DNA from: Nostoc sp. DedSLP01 | Lineage (GTDB): Bacteria; Cyanobacteriota; Cyanobacteriia; Cyanobacteriales; Nostocaceae | DNA length: 64,000 nucleotides | Direction: 5' to 3' | Assembly (NCBI GenBank): GCA_034530875.2 | Contig: JAVRCJ020000020.1 | Location: forward strand, 32,001-96,000 | Shown: positions 33,355 to 43,224 of the stretch, piece by piece | Layout: each line of letters opens with the position of its first letter | Position numbering within the stretch: position 1 is the first letter of the stretch | The notes under the pieces: model-generated | What the model saw: only the letters and a program-made list of their open reading frames with translations | Database searches by the model: none | Told to the model about the DNA's origin: nothing | Position numbers and translations under genes: made by a program

Positions 33355-33732
33355 TTAACCAAACCAGTGAGAAGGTTCGCAACCAGGGTGAACAGTTTCA
33401 CAAAGGTGATGGGTAATCCAATCTGACTTTTCTTGAACGATTAAACAAATACCTTGGTGAATCAAATTTTGTAAATGTAGTTGCTGCTCCAAGCGTTTAC
33501 GAGGTAACTGATAATTGAGCAAGCTTTCTTGTTCGATGTTTGCTAGCGGAAATTGTCCGTCAGATATGACGCTGTAAGAACAAGGAATGCGGCTGAGGAC
33601 GAAAGCAATTAGCTCTTGGCGTAAGTCAGGAATCGCAAAAGCTTGTTGATATGGATGATATGGATATGTATCCAAAACGCTTTCAATCTCTCCTACTACT
33701 GATTGCTGAGTTAAATTAACTACAGTTTTCAT
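33355..33732 (-). CDS. ComFB-like (late competence development) family protein
   Basis: VVNLTQQSV..EIE..L...YQQAFAIPDLRQELIAFVLSRIPCSY pattern; AGGAG RBS. Confidence 0.65.
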   Translation of the reverse strand: MKTVVNLTQQSVVGEIESVLDTYPYHPYQQAFAIPDLRQELIAFVLSRIPCSYSVISDGQFPLANIEQESLLNYQLPRKRLEQQLHLQNLIHQGICLIVQEKSDWITHHLCETVHPGCEPSHWFG

Positions 33733-34806
33733 AATTTTTTAAACTCCTTTTTTCATTTCAGTCAATGATTGAAGTAAACAACTTTTCTAAATGGTAAAGT
33801 TGCCATCAAAATCAGTTACAAGCGATTCAACTAATGGATACAATAACGTCTGAAACTAGCTTTTTTTAGGGATAGAGTATCAAACATTTTCTTACAATTC
33901 TTTAAGTCAAACTTTATATTTTTTTACAGTATGACTGATTAAAACTCCACTAATTGAACTAATAAATTGCTGAGATTTTACCTTTATAGTACTGATTATT
34001 TTGAATTTGTGTATTTTTAACAGAAATCTACATAAAATGCAGCTTAGCTACTAGGGGATCAAGATGAATAATAAATATATCAGCTGGAAGATTAACAAAC
34101 TTCTAGTGAAATTCAACTTCCTTAGGGCTGAATCTTGCTTTTGAGTTTGCTACGAATTTTTTTGTTTCGTAGATAACACTAATTTGTTACATCTTGATTT
34201 AGTGAGTCGTAAAAATACTAAGTTACTAGACCGTCAAATCAGTCTAGCGACAGATGAAATGAATCAGGAAAAACTTTTAAAAAGTTCACATTATCTCAGA
34301 GAGACAGTCTAGCTTACAAACTATTGGGTGGAAATAAGGTGATTTTGATAACAATTTTTGTAAATCACTACATAGCTACAACACTCAAGAGTAGAGAGTG
34401 GTGTCATTCAATGACTGAAAAAGTTCTGTAACTACTGCGTGCAGGCTAAATCTTTGATTAAGGCGCTAATTACTGGAATATTAGGTTATGAGTATCCAAG
34501 TTCAGCGTTGTTGATTTTATGTATAAACGACTGTGCATAATATCAAAATCCTTGTAGAGACATTGCAATGCAACGTCTCTACACTGTTTCATACCGCAAT
34601 TGAGCAACCGCTGAAGTTCGAGGTCTTCCTTATATATAAGAAGCTTTGAGCGAAGAGAGGCGCATCCTGCAAGAAAGAAGCTACAGGCTTCTCTGCTTCT
34701 CATTAGTTATCATCAAATGACAAACGACAAAATTACTACTAATGACTGCTGAAAGCTAATAGTAGAATAAGGTACAGAAAAGCTGCACGGAAGGGAGGAA
34801 GGGAAA

Positions 34807-35649
34807 TTGGATGAAATGAGGGCGGCGCTTGAGTTAGCGACCGAAGAAGAATTACAAGACTTAACGGCAATTTTATTTAGTCGTAAGTTTAATCCCCTAG
34901 ACTACGTTCACACACCCGAACCCATCGAAGTGCAAAGCCAAGACCGCAAAGCTTGGCTAGATGCACTAGAAGGTCGCTTCCGCTTTTTAGCGGCAGATGG
35001 GATAACTGTATTGCGAGGACGCACAAACCAAGTAACTTACAGACAAGCACTCGTTCAAGTATGTAAGTATCTTAAAATTCCTTACTCTAGTCATTTAACA
35101 ACCGTTGATTTAGAAGCAGAAGTCTTTTTGCATCTGCTAGGACAGGTGTGGAAAAAATTGCCCGAACAGGAAAAACAAAAATTGACTTTACGGATACAGC
35201 GTCAGCTTGTCAAATCAGATTTAAAACAACCTTTACCACTTTTCTTGCAACCCGATCCTCTAGGGCTACTTTTTAAAGGCGGTAGTGCATTGGCTGTTAC
35301 TTCTATGTTGCAACCGCTTGTACTCAACCAAATTGCCCGTCAATTTGCCATACATCTTGCTACCTACGAAGTAGCTAAACAAGCGGCGATTAAAGGTACA
35401 GAAGCAGCGACAACCCAATTTCAAAGCTATGTAGCTATGCAAATGGCCAGAAGAGGTATGACTGTGAGTGCAGCTCGTTATGGAGCAGTCCGCAGTATAT
35501 TTGCCGCGATCGGGCCAATGATGTGGGCTTGGTTTTTTGCAGACTTGGGGTGGAGAGCGATCGCTACTAACTATGGTCGCATCATTCCTACCATTTTCGC
35601 CCTAGCTCAAATTCGTCTCACTCGTGCTGAATGTTGGGAGCCAGCTTGA
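34807..35649 (+). CDS. YaaW-like conserved cyanobacterial protein
   Basis: RAALELATEEELQDL, RFRFLAADG and ATNYGRIIPTIF; strong GGAGG RBS before a TTG start. Confidence 0.82.
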   Translation: MDEMRAALELATEEELQDLTAILFSRKFNPLDYVHTPEPIEVQSQDRKAWLDALEGRFRFLAADGITVLRGRTNQVTYRQALVQVCKYLKIPYSSHLTTVDLEAEVFLHLLGQVWKKLPEQEKQKLTLRIQRQLVKSDLKQPLPLFLQPDPLGLLFKGGSALAVTSMLQPLVLNQIARQFAIHLATYEVAKQAAIKGTEAATTQFQSYVAMQMARRGMTVSAARYGAVRSIFAAIGPMMWAWFFADLGWRAIATNYGRIIPTIFALAQIRLTRAECWEPA

Positions 35650-37049
35650 ACAAAGCTTTTTACCATTTAAACTCCCGTTGGGACTACTCTTTATTCGCAC
35701 TGCTAATCTTCCCGTTGAGTCCTTTAGTAGGGGCTGTGACTATAGGTTTTGTATCATTAATAACTTGGATTAAACAATACCGCCAAATTAGTCGCCGCCC
35801 CCTAAACTGGGGATTGGCTCTTTTAAGTTTGTTCCTGATTGTCAGTGCTGCGTTTGCCCAGAACAAGACAGAAGCTTTCCTTGGCTTATTTAATTTTTTA
35901 CCATTCTTTTTAGTTTTCGCCGCCTTTAGCACTTTAATTCAAACAACTGCCCAATTGCGGCAAATGGCTTGGGTTTTAGTAATCGGTTCAATGCCGGTCG
36001 TAGCTCTCGGTTTGGGACAATTATTTTTAGGCTGGAATTTTAAGTTAAAAATGTTGTGGGTTGTCTTGGAATGGACGATCGCACCAGGAGGAAATCCACC
36101 AGGTCGCATAGCTTCACTCTTCTTGCACGCCAACACCTTCGCGGCTTATTTAGTAATAGTTTTTATTCTGAGTTTAGGGTTGTGGCTGGAACAATGGGAA
36201 TTGGGCATAGGGCATTGGGTATGGGGCATGGGAAGAGGACAAGGAGACAAGGAGACAAGGGGAAAGACTTACTCTAACTTCTCCTCTGCCCCTCTGCTCC
36301 CCATCTCCTCATCCCCCCCACTCCCCACTCCCCACTCCCCACTCCCCTTCATCTTCCTTACCATCGCGGTGCTTACGAATTTCATCACCTTGATTTTCAC
36401 CAACTCGCGTAATGGATGGGGAATCGCTATTTTTGCTTGTTTAGCTTATGCATTCTACAAGGGTTGGCGGATTCTTGTGGGTACTGTCGTCGGTATCGTC
36501 ACTAGCGTACTTTTAGCGGCTTTTGCTCCCTCACCAATCGCTCGATTTTTTCGCCAGTACGTTCCTGCTTTCTTTTGGGCAAGGTTAAACGATGATATGT
36601 ATCCAGATAGACCAGTGGCTTTGATGCGAAAAACTCAGTGGGAGTTCGCCTGGTCTTTGGCTTGGCAACATCCTTGGACGGGTTGGGGCTTACGCAGTTT
36701 TAGTGGACTCTACAAAGCACACACGCAAATTAAGTTGGGTCATCCCCACAATTTGTTTTTAATGTTATCTGCTGAAACTGGTTTTCTTAGTACTTTTTTA
36801 TTTTGTGCCTTACTAGGTTGGATTTTGATTGCAGGAGCGCAATTACTGCGAAATTCAAAATACATCTATGCACAAGATAGATTGCTAATTTTCAGTTATC
36901 TTCTAGCCTGTGGGGGGTGGATTCTATTGAATACCGTAGATGTAACCCTGTTCGATTTTCGTTTGAATACGCTTTCATGGCTAATTTTAGCTCCTACTTG
37001 TGGAGTAGTACATCGCTATAACCAACAACAAAAGCTTATATCTGATTAA
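35631..37049 (+). CDS. O-antigen ligase (Wzy_C) family membrane protein with in-frame STRR insertion
   Basis: Multiple TM helices; HANTFA, TNSRNGW, PWTGWG and HPHN motifs. Confidence 0.87.
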   Translation: MLGASLNKAFYHLNSRWDYSLFALLIFPLSPLVGAVTIGFVSLITWIKQYRQISRRPLNWGLALLSLFLIVSAAFAQNKTEAFLGLFNFLPFFLVFAAFSTLIQTTAQLRQMAWVLVIGSMPVVALGLGQLFLGWNFKLKMLWVVLEWTIAPGGNPPGRIASLFLHANTFAAYLVIVFILSLGLWLEQWELGIGHWVWGMGRGQGDKETRGKTYSNFSSAPLLPISSSPPLPTPHSPLPFIFLTIAVLTNFITLIFTNSRNGWGIAIFACLAYAFYKGWRILVGTVVGIVTSVLLAAFAPSPIARFFRQYVPAFFWARLNDDMYPDRPVALMRKTQWEFAWSLAWQHPWTGWGLRSFSGLYKAHTQIKLGHPHNLFLMLSAETGFLSTFLFCALLGWILIAGAQLLRNSKYIYAQDRLLIFSYLLACGGWILLNTVDVTLFDFRLNTLSWLILAPTCGVVHRYNQQQKLISD

Positions 37050-37315
37050 ACTGGCAACTGGGAACTGGGTAATAGGAAAGTTCTTAGAGTTCAGTAGTTG
37101 TGTTATTTTTTAACCCAGCCTACAAATTGGATATTTTTTAAATAGAAGTTTCTTTGTTGTTTTTCAGTGTATGCACTGGGGACATCTAAACCTTGAAGTT
37201 AATAATATAACTATATTCACGTCTGTGACTGTGAGTGTGACTAAAACCTAATTAGTCACTGTTGCTGATTGTTGGGAAGGTGTAGGGACAACCCTTTGGG
37301 GTTTTCCTGCATGAC

Positions 37316-37340
37316 GGGCATCTCTTGTAGATGCCCTTTT
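37316..37340 (+). terminator. Intrinsic terminator (possible end of an sRNA)
   Basis: GGGCATCT / AGATGCCC stem followed by TTTT. Confidence 0.6.
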
Positions 37341-37784
37341 GTATGTCTATTTTTTCGGAATAAAATTGGAATTTATCCATCAAATTATTTCTCAAACTTT
37401 GGCATTATTTTTGATAGTTTATTTATTAATAATTAAGTAAAAAATTACACTTAGATTTCACAGTTGCAATTGATATCGTGTACTGGATTAGTAGGAATTG
37501 CCACAGTCAAGGGCATTGCAAAACCAGGAATGCTATTGCAGGCGATCGCATAAACAATCAAGAATATTTGAATTTCGTTTTGCCCATTGCAGAACAATAT
37601 CCCCGACTTCTTAAACAAGTCGGGGATCTATTAGGTTTAAATATTGACCAATCCATAAATCTCGTGCCCAATGACGCTACTGGCTCCCCAACGCAGTGGC
37701 TCCCCAATGCCCAATTTTTATGGCATGTCTCGGTAAAATGGGGTTGTCGATAAGAAAAAAAAGACGCCTCAGTAACTAAACTTT

Positions 37785-38306
37785 ATGCCCACAATAGCTG
37801 ATTTTTTTCAATACACCCAATGGTCGGGTATAGCCACTTTGGTATTCGCAGCCTTAGCAGTGTTGGCTTTTGTTCTCAAATGGGGCATCCGCTTTCGGCT
37901 GGTGGGGACGACTGGCTTTATGATAGTGCTAACAGCTGGTTTATTTGCACTTTCTATAGTCCCCTTGAGTCGTACTGTGATTCCTGGAGCAGTGCGCTAC
38001 AGTCTAGTTTATGACAATGCCTCAACACAAGCCGTAATCGCCGTATCACCAGAAATTACGCCCACACAATTAGAAGCAACTTTACGTCAAGCATCTAGCA
38101 ATCTTTATTCTTATGGTCGTTCTGGTACACTCCAAGACGACAAGTTAACAGTTCGCGCCCGTACCATTCTTCACCCAGAACCAGGAGTTTCAGTACCAGT
38201 TTACTTGGGCGAGGTCAAGCGATCGCTAGTTTCTCGTGACAACTCCCCAGTACAAGTAGACATTTATCAAGACAAATTTGCTCAATTGCCGAAATCGAAG
38301 GCTTAA
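37785..38306 (+). CDS. ycf51: Ycf51 family protein
   Basis: KWGIRFRLVGTTGFM, YDNAS.QAVI and QLEATLRQA..NL.SYGR. Confidence 0.88.
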   Translation: MPTIADFFQYTQWSGIATLVFAALAVLAFVLKWGIRFRLVGTTGFMIVLTAGLFALSIVPLSRTVIPGAVRYSLVYDNASTQAVIAVSPEITPTQLEATLRQASSNLYSYGRSGTLQDDKLTVRARTILHPEPGVSVPVYLGEVKRSLVSRDNSPVQVDIYQDKFAQLPKSKA

Positions 38307-38307
38307 G

Positions 38308-38492
38308 GTGATTGGGGACTGGTGACTGGGGATTGGGGATTGGGGATTGGGGATTGGGCATTGATTAAGTGTGGGAGGATGGGGAAGAAATCTTTCCCCC
38401 TAGTCCCCACACTCCCCACACTTCTGTTTATCCCCACACTTCCCCATCTCCCTATCTCCTCATCTCCCAATCCCTAGTCACCAGTCCCCAAT
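38308..38492. repeat. Composite STRR element
   Basis: GGGGATT heptamer run plus the shared core. Confidence 0.85.
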
Positions 38493-38844
38493 CACCTATG
38501 CTTGTTATCAGGATGACATAATTTATTTTGTATTTACCGATACTTTAAAGATTATTTTTAGATTAAGATATTCACACTTTAGCGATCGGACTGTAATCAA
38601 AATTTAATCATTATACGGGTAACGGGTACTGGCAGTTACGATCTCTTACAAAGTTCCGAGCGCCGGCTTCCGGCGCTCCGACTTTGCGCTTTGTCAGTTG
38701 TTTTCCTATTTACCAGTTTTGCCATTTTCAAAAAAATTTGCAGCAAATGATTGGCTGTAGGGACATACAGATGTACACCCCTAATTTACGTATTCTGTAG
38801 CTGCTATCGCTTGAATGGTAGGGCTACGAAGAAAATCCCACTTG

Positions 38845-38870
38845 GCGATGCCTGCGGCGGTAAACTACGC
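38845..38870. repeat. SDR-like 18-nt insert inside a HIP1 site
   Basis: GCGAT-gcctgcggcggtaaacta-CGC. Confidence 0.6.
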
Positions 38871-39146
38871 TTTTTTTGGGAATCTGAGAGTGCTAATGTT
38901 ATTTAATTATACGGTTGTTCAAAACTTTGGTAGTTCGGAATTTTAGATCGATGAGCATTTATAGATTCAAGCATGGTCGTCAGATCGCTCAAACAGTCGG
39001 CAACAGGCTTTGTCTATTTCATGGCTCGGCTAAAATCCAGTTGAAGGGGTGTAAAATTTGTCGCCATCTTTAAAGTTGGCAACAAGTATCCCTAACCAAA
39101 TGTCAATTTGGTTAAGAAATATCAAAGTTTTGGCACACTAGTTTAT

Positions 39147-40337
39147 ATGTCTAATAAATTTTCTACTCAACCTTCTTTGTCTACTCAAACTTCTAGTTCG
39201 TTATTTACCCTTACAGTTGCCCCAGCAAAAGTAATCCGTGGTTCTGGCGTCTTGCAAGCAGCCGCAGCAGAAATCGCTTTGTTGGGAAGTCGTCCTTTAA
39301 TTGTGGCGGGAGAACGCACTCTTGCGATCGGGCAAGAAAATTTACTACCGATTTTAGAAACGCAACAGTTACATTCTGCCCAAGCTAGTTATGGTGCAGA
39401 TTGCTGCGAAGCGAGTTTGAAAAGTTTACGCAAGGTAGCTAAAGAACATAAAGCTGATGTAATTATCGGTGTTGGTGGCGGCAAAGCTTTGGATACAGCG
39501 AAATTAGTCGCGCAACAATTACAGCTACCAGTGGTGACGATTCCGACTTCTGCGGCTACTTGTGCAGCTTGGAGTGCCCTGTCGAATGTTTATTCCGAAG
39601 ACGGGGCATTTCTTTATGATGTGGGATTGTCTCGTTGTCCCGATTTATTGATACTCGATTATGATTTGATTAAAACTGCACCGCAACGTACTTTAGTAGC
39701 TGGAATTGGTGATGCGATCGCTAAGTGGTACGAAGCCTCAGTTAGCAGCGGACATTTACAAGACACTTTAATTATCGCCGCAGTCCAACAAGCACGAATT
39801 TTGCGAGATATCCTCTTGCAAAAGTCAGCTGCCGCCCTCAAAGAACCAGGTAGTGAAGTTTGGCGAGAAGTCGTAGACGCGACTGTGTTACTCGCTGGCG
39901 TAGTTGGCGGACTTGGAGGGGCGCAGTGTCGTACTGTTGCCGCCCATGCTGTGCATAATGGTTTAACGCACATTTCGGGACACGGCAGTATTCACGGCGA
40001 AAAAGTTGCTTTGGGAATTCTGGTGCAACTGCGTTTAGAAGAAATGCTACAAAACAATCAACTAGCAGCATCGGCACGGCAGCAGTTGTTAAAGTTCTAC
40101 ACAGAAATTGGACTACCCCAGAAATTAAGTGATTTGGGTTTGGGCAATATTACATTAGGTGAGTTGCAAACAGCAGCTGAAATTGCCCTAACTCCTAATT
40201 CTGACATCCATCGACTACCTTTTAAAGTCGCACTGGAACAGTTGATGGCGGCAATGGTTTCTACCACCGCACCGATAGATAGTAGAGACATGAATCGAGT
40301 TTCGCCCAAGGGAATGAGTGACGAGGTTGAACCATGA
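39147..40337 (+). CDS. Iron-containing alcohol / glycerol dehydrogenase family protein
   Basis: GVGGGKALD, PTSAAT, AGIGDA, AHAVHNG and HGEKVA. Confidence 0.9.
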   Translation: MSNKFSTQPSLSTQTSSSLFTLTVAPAKVIRGSGVLQAAAAEIALLGSRPLIVAGERTLAIGQENLLPILETQQLHSAQASYGADCCEASLKSLRKVAKEHKADVIIGVGGGKALDTAKLVAQQLQLPVVTIPTSAATCAAWSALSNVYSEDGAFLYDVGLSRCPDLLILDYDLIKTAPQRTLVAGIGDAIAKWYEASVSSGHLQDTLIIAAVQQARILRDILLQKSAAALKEPGSEVWREVVDATVLLAGVVGGLGGAQCRTVAAHAVHNGLTHISGHGSIHGEKVALGILVQLRLEEMLQNNQLAASARQQLLKFYTEIGLPQKLSDLGLGNITLGELQTAAEIALTPNSDIHRLPFKVALEQLMAAMVSTTAPIDSRDMNRVSPKGMSDEVEP

Positions 40338-41545
40338 GTTTGAATTGGATAGTGCCAGCAGAACGCATACAAAAACTACCACCTTATGTATTTGCCCGTT
40401 TAGACGAATTAAAAGCTAAAGCACGGGAACAAGGGTTAGATTTAATTGATTTGGGAATGGGAAACCCCGATGGTGCGACACCACAACCAGTAGTAGAAGC
40501 GGCAATGGCCGCTTTGCAAAATCCCGCCAATCACGGTTATCCTCCCTTTGAAGGCACTGCGAGTTTCCGCCGAGCGATTACTACTTGGTATCGTCGGCGT
40601 TATGATGTCATTCTTGACCCCGATAGTGAAGCTTTACCGCTACTCGGTTCTAAAGAAGGATTAGCACATTTAGCGATCGCTTACATCAACCCAGGCGATG
40701 TAGTTCTAGTTCCTTCTCCCGCTTATCCGGCCCATTTTCGCGGCCCTGTAATTGCTGGCGGCCAAGTTCATAGCTTGATTCTCAAACCAGAGAATGATTG
40801 GTTAATTGATTTAGCTGCCATTCCTGATGAGGTTGCCCGCAAAGCCAAAATCCTCTATTTCAACTATCCCAGCAATCCCACCGCCGCCACCGCACCCCGG
40901 GAATTTTTTGAAGAAATCGTTGCCTTCGCCCGTAAATACGAAATTTTGCTGGTACACGATTTATGTTACGCCGAGTTAGCGTTTGATGGTTATCAACCAA
41001 CTAGCTTGTTAGAAATTCCCGGTGCGAAGGAAATTGGTGTGGAATTTCACACTTTATCCAAAACCTACAATATGGCAGGTTGGCGCGTTGGTTTTGTGGT
41101 GGGCAACCGCCATGTCATTCAAGGTTTGCGGACGCTGAAAACTAACTTGGATTACGGCATTTTTGCCGCCTTGCAAACAGCAGCCGAAACCGCTTTGCAA
41201 CTACCAGATGTGTATTTGCATGAAGTACAACAACGCTATCGCACCCGCCGTGATTTCCTGATTGAAGGATTAGGGCAATTGGGTTGGGATATTCCTAAAA
41301 CCAAGGCAACGATGTATCTTTGGGTGAAGTGTCCTGTAGGGATGGGTTCCACAGATTTTGCCTTGAATGTGTTGCAGCAAACAGGCGTTGTGGTGACTCC
41401 AGGTAATGCCTTTGGGGTTGCAGGTGAAGGATATGTGAGAATTAGCTTGATTGCAGATTGCGATCGCTTGGGTGAAGCTTTACATCGCTTAAAGCAAGCT
41501 GGCATTCGCTATCAACCGGAAGCTGTAGTCTCTGCTTCACAATAG
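40334..41545 (+). CDS. PLP-dependent class I aminotransferase (aspartate / LL-DAP aminotransferase-like)
   Basis: DLGMGNPD, GSKEG, NYPSNPT, HDLCY and SKTYNMAGWRVG. Confidence 0.9.
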   Translation: MSLNWIVPAERIQKLPPYVFARLDELKAKAREQGLDLIDLGMGNPDGATPQPVVEAAMAALQNPANHGYPPFEGTASFRRAITTWYRRRYDVILDPDSEALPLLGSKEGLAHLAIAYINPGDVVLVPSPAYPAHFRGPVIAGGQVHSLILKPENDWLIDLAAIPDEVARKAKILYFNYPSNPTAATAPREFFEEIVAFARKYEILLVHDLCYAELAFDGYQPTSLLEIPGAKEIGVEFHTLSKTYNMAGWRVGFVVGNRHVIQGLRTLKTNLDYGIFAALQTAAETALQLPDVYLHEVQQRYRTRRDFLIEGLGQLGWDIPKTKATMYLWVKCPVGMGSTDFALNVLQQTGVVVTPGNAFGVAGEGYVRISLIADCDRLGEALHRLKQAGIRYQPEAVVSASQ

Positions 41546-41574
41546 AGATAACATACCCGATTAAAATCTAATTC

Positions 41575-41898
41575 ATGCAAACCTCTGCTGCCACTATTCC
41601 TCATTTAATTGCTGCGGGCTTTCACGCCCTTTCCGATCCACTCAGGATTAGCGTACTGGAATTGCTACGACAGCGAGAACTATGTGTGTGCGATTTGTGC
41701 GAAACCTTGGGGGTTAGTCAGTCGAAATTAAGCTTTCATCTGAAAACCCTCAAGGAAGCTGCCTTAGTTAACTCCCGTCAAGAAGGACGCTGGATTTATT
41801 ACAGTTTGAATTTGCCGCAGTTTAGCGTTTTAGAAGAATATTTGGCAGGTTTTAGTGATAATCGGGTAATTTCATCTGTACTTCCCTGCTGCGATTAG
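41575..41898 (+). CDS. arsR: ArsR/SmtB family repressor
   Basis: FHALSDPLR, ELCVCDL arsenite box, SQSKLSFHLK and C-terminal CC. Confidence 0.9.
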   Translation: MQTSAATIPHLIAAGFHALSDPLRISVLELLRQRELCVCDLCETLGVSQSKLSFHLKTLKEAALVNSRQEGRWIYYSLNLPQFSVLEEYLAGFSDNRVISSVLPCCD

Positions 41899-42004
41899 TG
41901 TAGCGTTTTTAAACGCCAAGTAACGCCAAATAAGCGCCAAGCTACGCAGAGTCTCGATCGAAAATTCGCTACGAAATAGATGTAAAGGTTTATATACTTA
42001 GTGC

Positions 42005-42057
42005 TTGACATATCAACTTTTTTTGAAATAATATCAATACATCAACTTTTTTTGAAA
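42005..42057 (+). promoter_or_regulatory. ars promoter/operator with two 17-bp direct repeats ATCAACTTTTTTTGAAA
   Basis: TTGACA at 42005 and TAATAT at 42029; repeats at 42012-42028 and 42041-42057, resembling the Synechocystis ArsR operator repeats as I recall them. Confidence 0.8.
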
Positions 42058-42071
42058 TGTAAGGCGTTGAG

Positions 42072-42797
42072 ATGCCTGCAAGAGGCATGGAGTCAAATTT
42101 ACAGATTTGGGTAACTAAATCGCTGGTGTCTTGCTGGCGAGAAGCTTTAGCAGAGGGAATTGGCACTTTTATTTTGGTATTTGCGGGTACTGGTGCGGTG
42201 ATGGTGAACTACGTCAGCCAAGGTGCAATTACGCATATTGGTATCAGTTTTGTATTTGGTGCTGTTGTTGCAGCGTTGATTTATTCTTTAGGTCACATTA
42301 GTGACGCACACTTCAATCCGGCAGTAACATTGGCGTTTTGGAGTAGTGGTTTTTTCTCAAAAAAGCGAGTTTTGCCGTATATTTTAGGGCAGCTGTTGGG
42401 GGCGATCGCGGCTTCAACTTTACTGCTAATTAGTTTGGGGCGAGTTGCCAATTTAGGGGCGACATTACCACTAAACGGCAATTGGTTGCAATCGTTGGTA
42501 TTGGAATTTGTTCTCACCTTTATTTTGATGTTTGTGATTTTGGGTTCGGGATTAGACCAACGCGCCCATATTGGTTTTGCTGGAATAGCGATCGGGTTGA
42601 CGGTGGGAATGGAAGCAGCATTTATGGGGCCGATTACTGGTGCAAGCATGAATCCAGCGCGTTCCTTTGGCCCGGCTTTGGTGGGAGGAATTTGGCAACA
42701 TCATTGGGTTTATTGGGTTGCGCCTATTTTAGGAGCGCAATTAGCAGTGATAGTATATCGACAGCTTTCTTATGGATTTCGCGATTTCAAAGAATAA
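42072..42797 (+). CDS. MIP-family aquaporin in the ars operon (AqpS-like arsenite channel)
   Basis: Two NPA boxes (AHFNPAVT and GASMNPARS) and six TM helices. Confidence 0.9.
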   Translation: MPARGMESNLQIWVTKSLVSCWREALAEGIGTFILVFAGTGAVMVNYVSQGAITHIGISFVFGAVVAALIYSLGHISDAHFNPAVTLAFWSSGFFSKKRVLPYILGQLLGAIAASTLLLISLGRVANLGATLPLNGNWLQSLVLEFVLTFILMFVILGSGLDQRAHIGFAGIAIGLTVGMEAAFMGPITGASMNPARSFGPALVGGIWQHHWVYWVAPILGAQLAVIVYRQLSYGFRDFKE

Positions 42798-42810
42798 AGG
42801 AGCAAAATTT

Positions 42811-43224
42811 ATGGCAATTTTGAAAACTCATGTAGCTTTGAATGTTACCAATATTGAAAAATCTGTAGCATTTTATCGCGCAATGTTTGGTGTGGAACCT
42901 ATTAAATATAAGGTTGACTACGCTAAGTTTGATATTGCTAATCCAGCGTTAAATTTAACATTAAATTTAACTAATAATGTGCAGCCTAATGGTGCATTGT
43001 CTCATCTAGGGATGCAAGTTGAAAGTACACAAGAAGTACAAGCAGCTATAAAGCGATTTACAGATGCAGAGTTGGCATTATTTACTGAAGATAATACTGA
43101 TTGTTGCTACGCTTTGCAAGATAAAGTTTGGGTAACAGATCCAGATGGTAACCGTTGGGAGGTGTTTGTGGTGAAGGTGGGAGATACTGCACCAGAAAAA
43201 ATGTGGCGGTGGAACAAACTGTGA
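42811..43224 (+). CDS. ArsI/CadI family VOC metalloenzyme; C-terminus frameshifted
   Basis: KTHVALNV, YAKF, SHLG and DCCYALQDKVWVTDPDGNRWE; AAGGAG RBS before ATG 42811. Confidence 0.88.
   Translation: MAILKTHVALNVTNIEKSVAFYRAMFGVEPIKYKVDYAKFDIANPALNLTLNLTNNVQPNGALSHLGMQVESTQEVQAAIKRFTDAELALFTEDNTDCCYALQDKVWVTDPDGNRWEVFVVKVGDTAPEKMWRWNKL

Noticed and set aside
33198..33401. 67-aa minus-strand ORF
   Set aside because: Runs through a MITE/SDR composite and overlaps the ComFB-like gene.
34470..34703. 77-aa minus-strand ORF
   Set aside because: Made up of REP- and MITE-like repeats (CRDVALQCLY is the translated palindrome).
37478..37753. 91-aa + strand ORF before ycf51
   Set aside because: Built from dispersed palindromic repeats (ATCCCCGACTT...AAGTCGGGGAT and CAACGCAGTGGCTCC); no coding signature.
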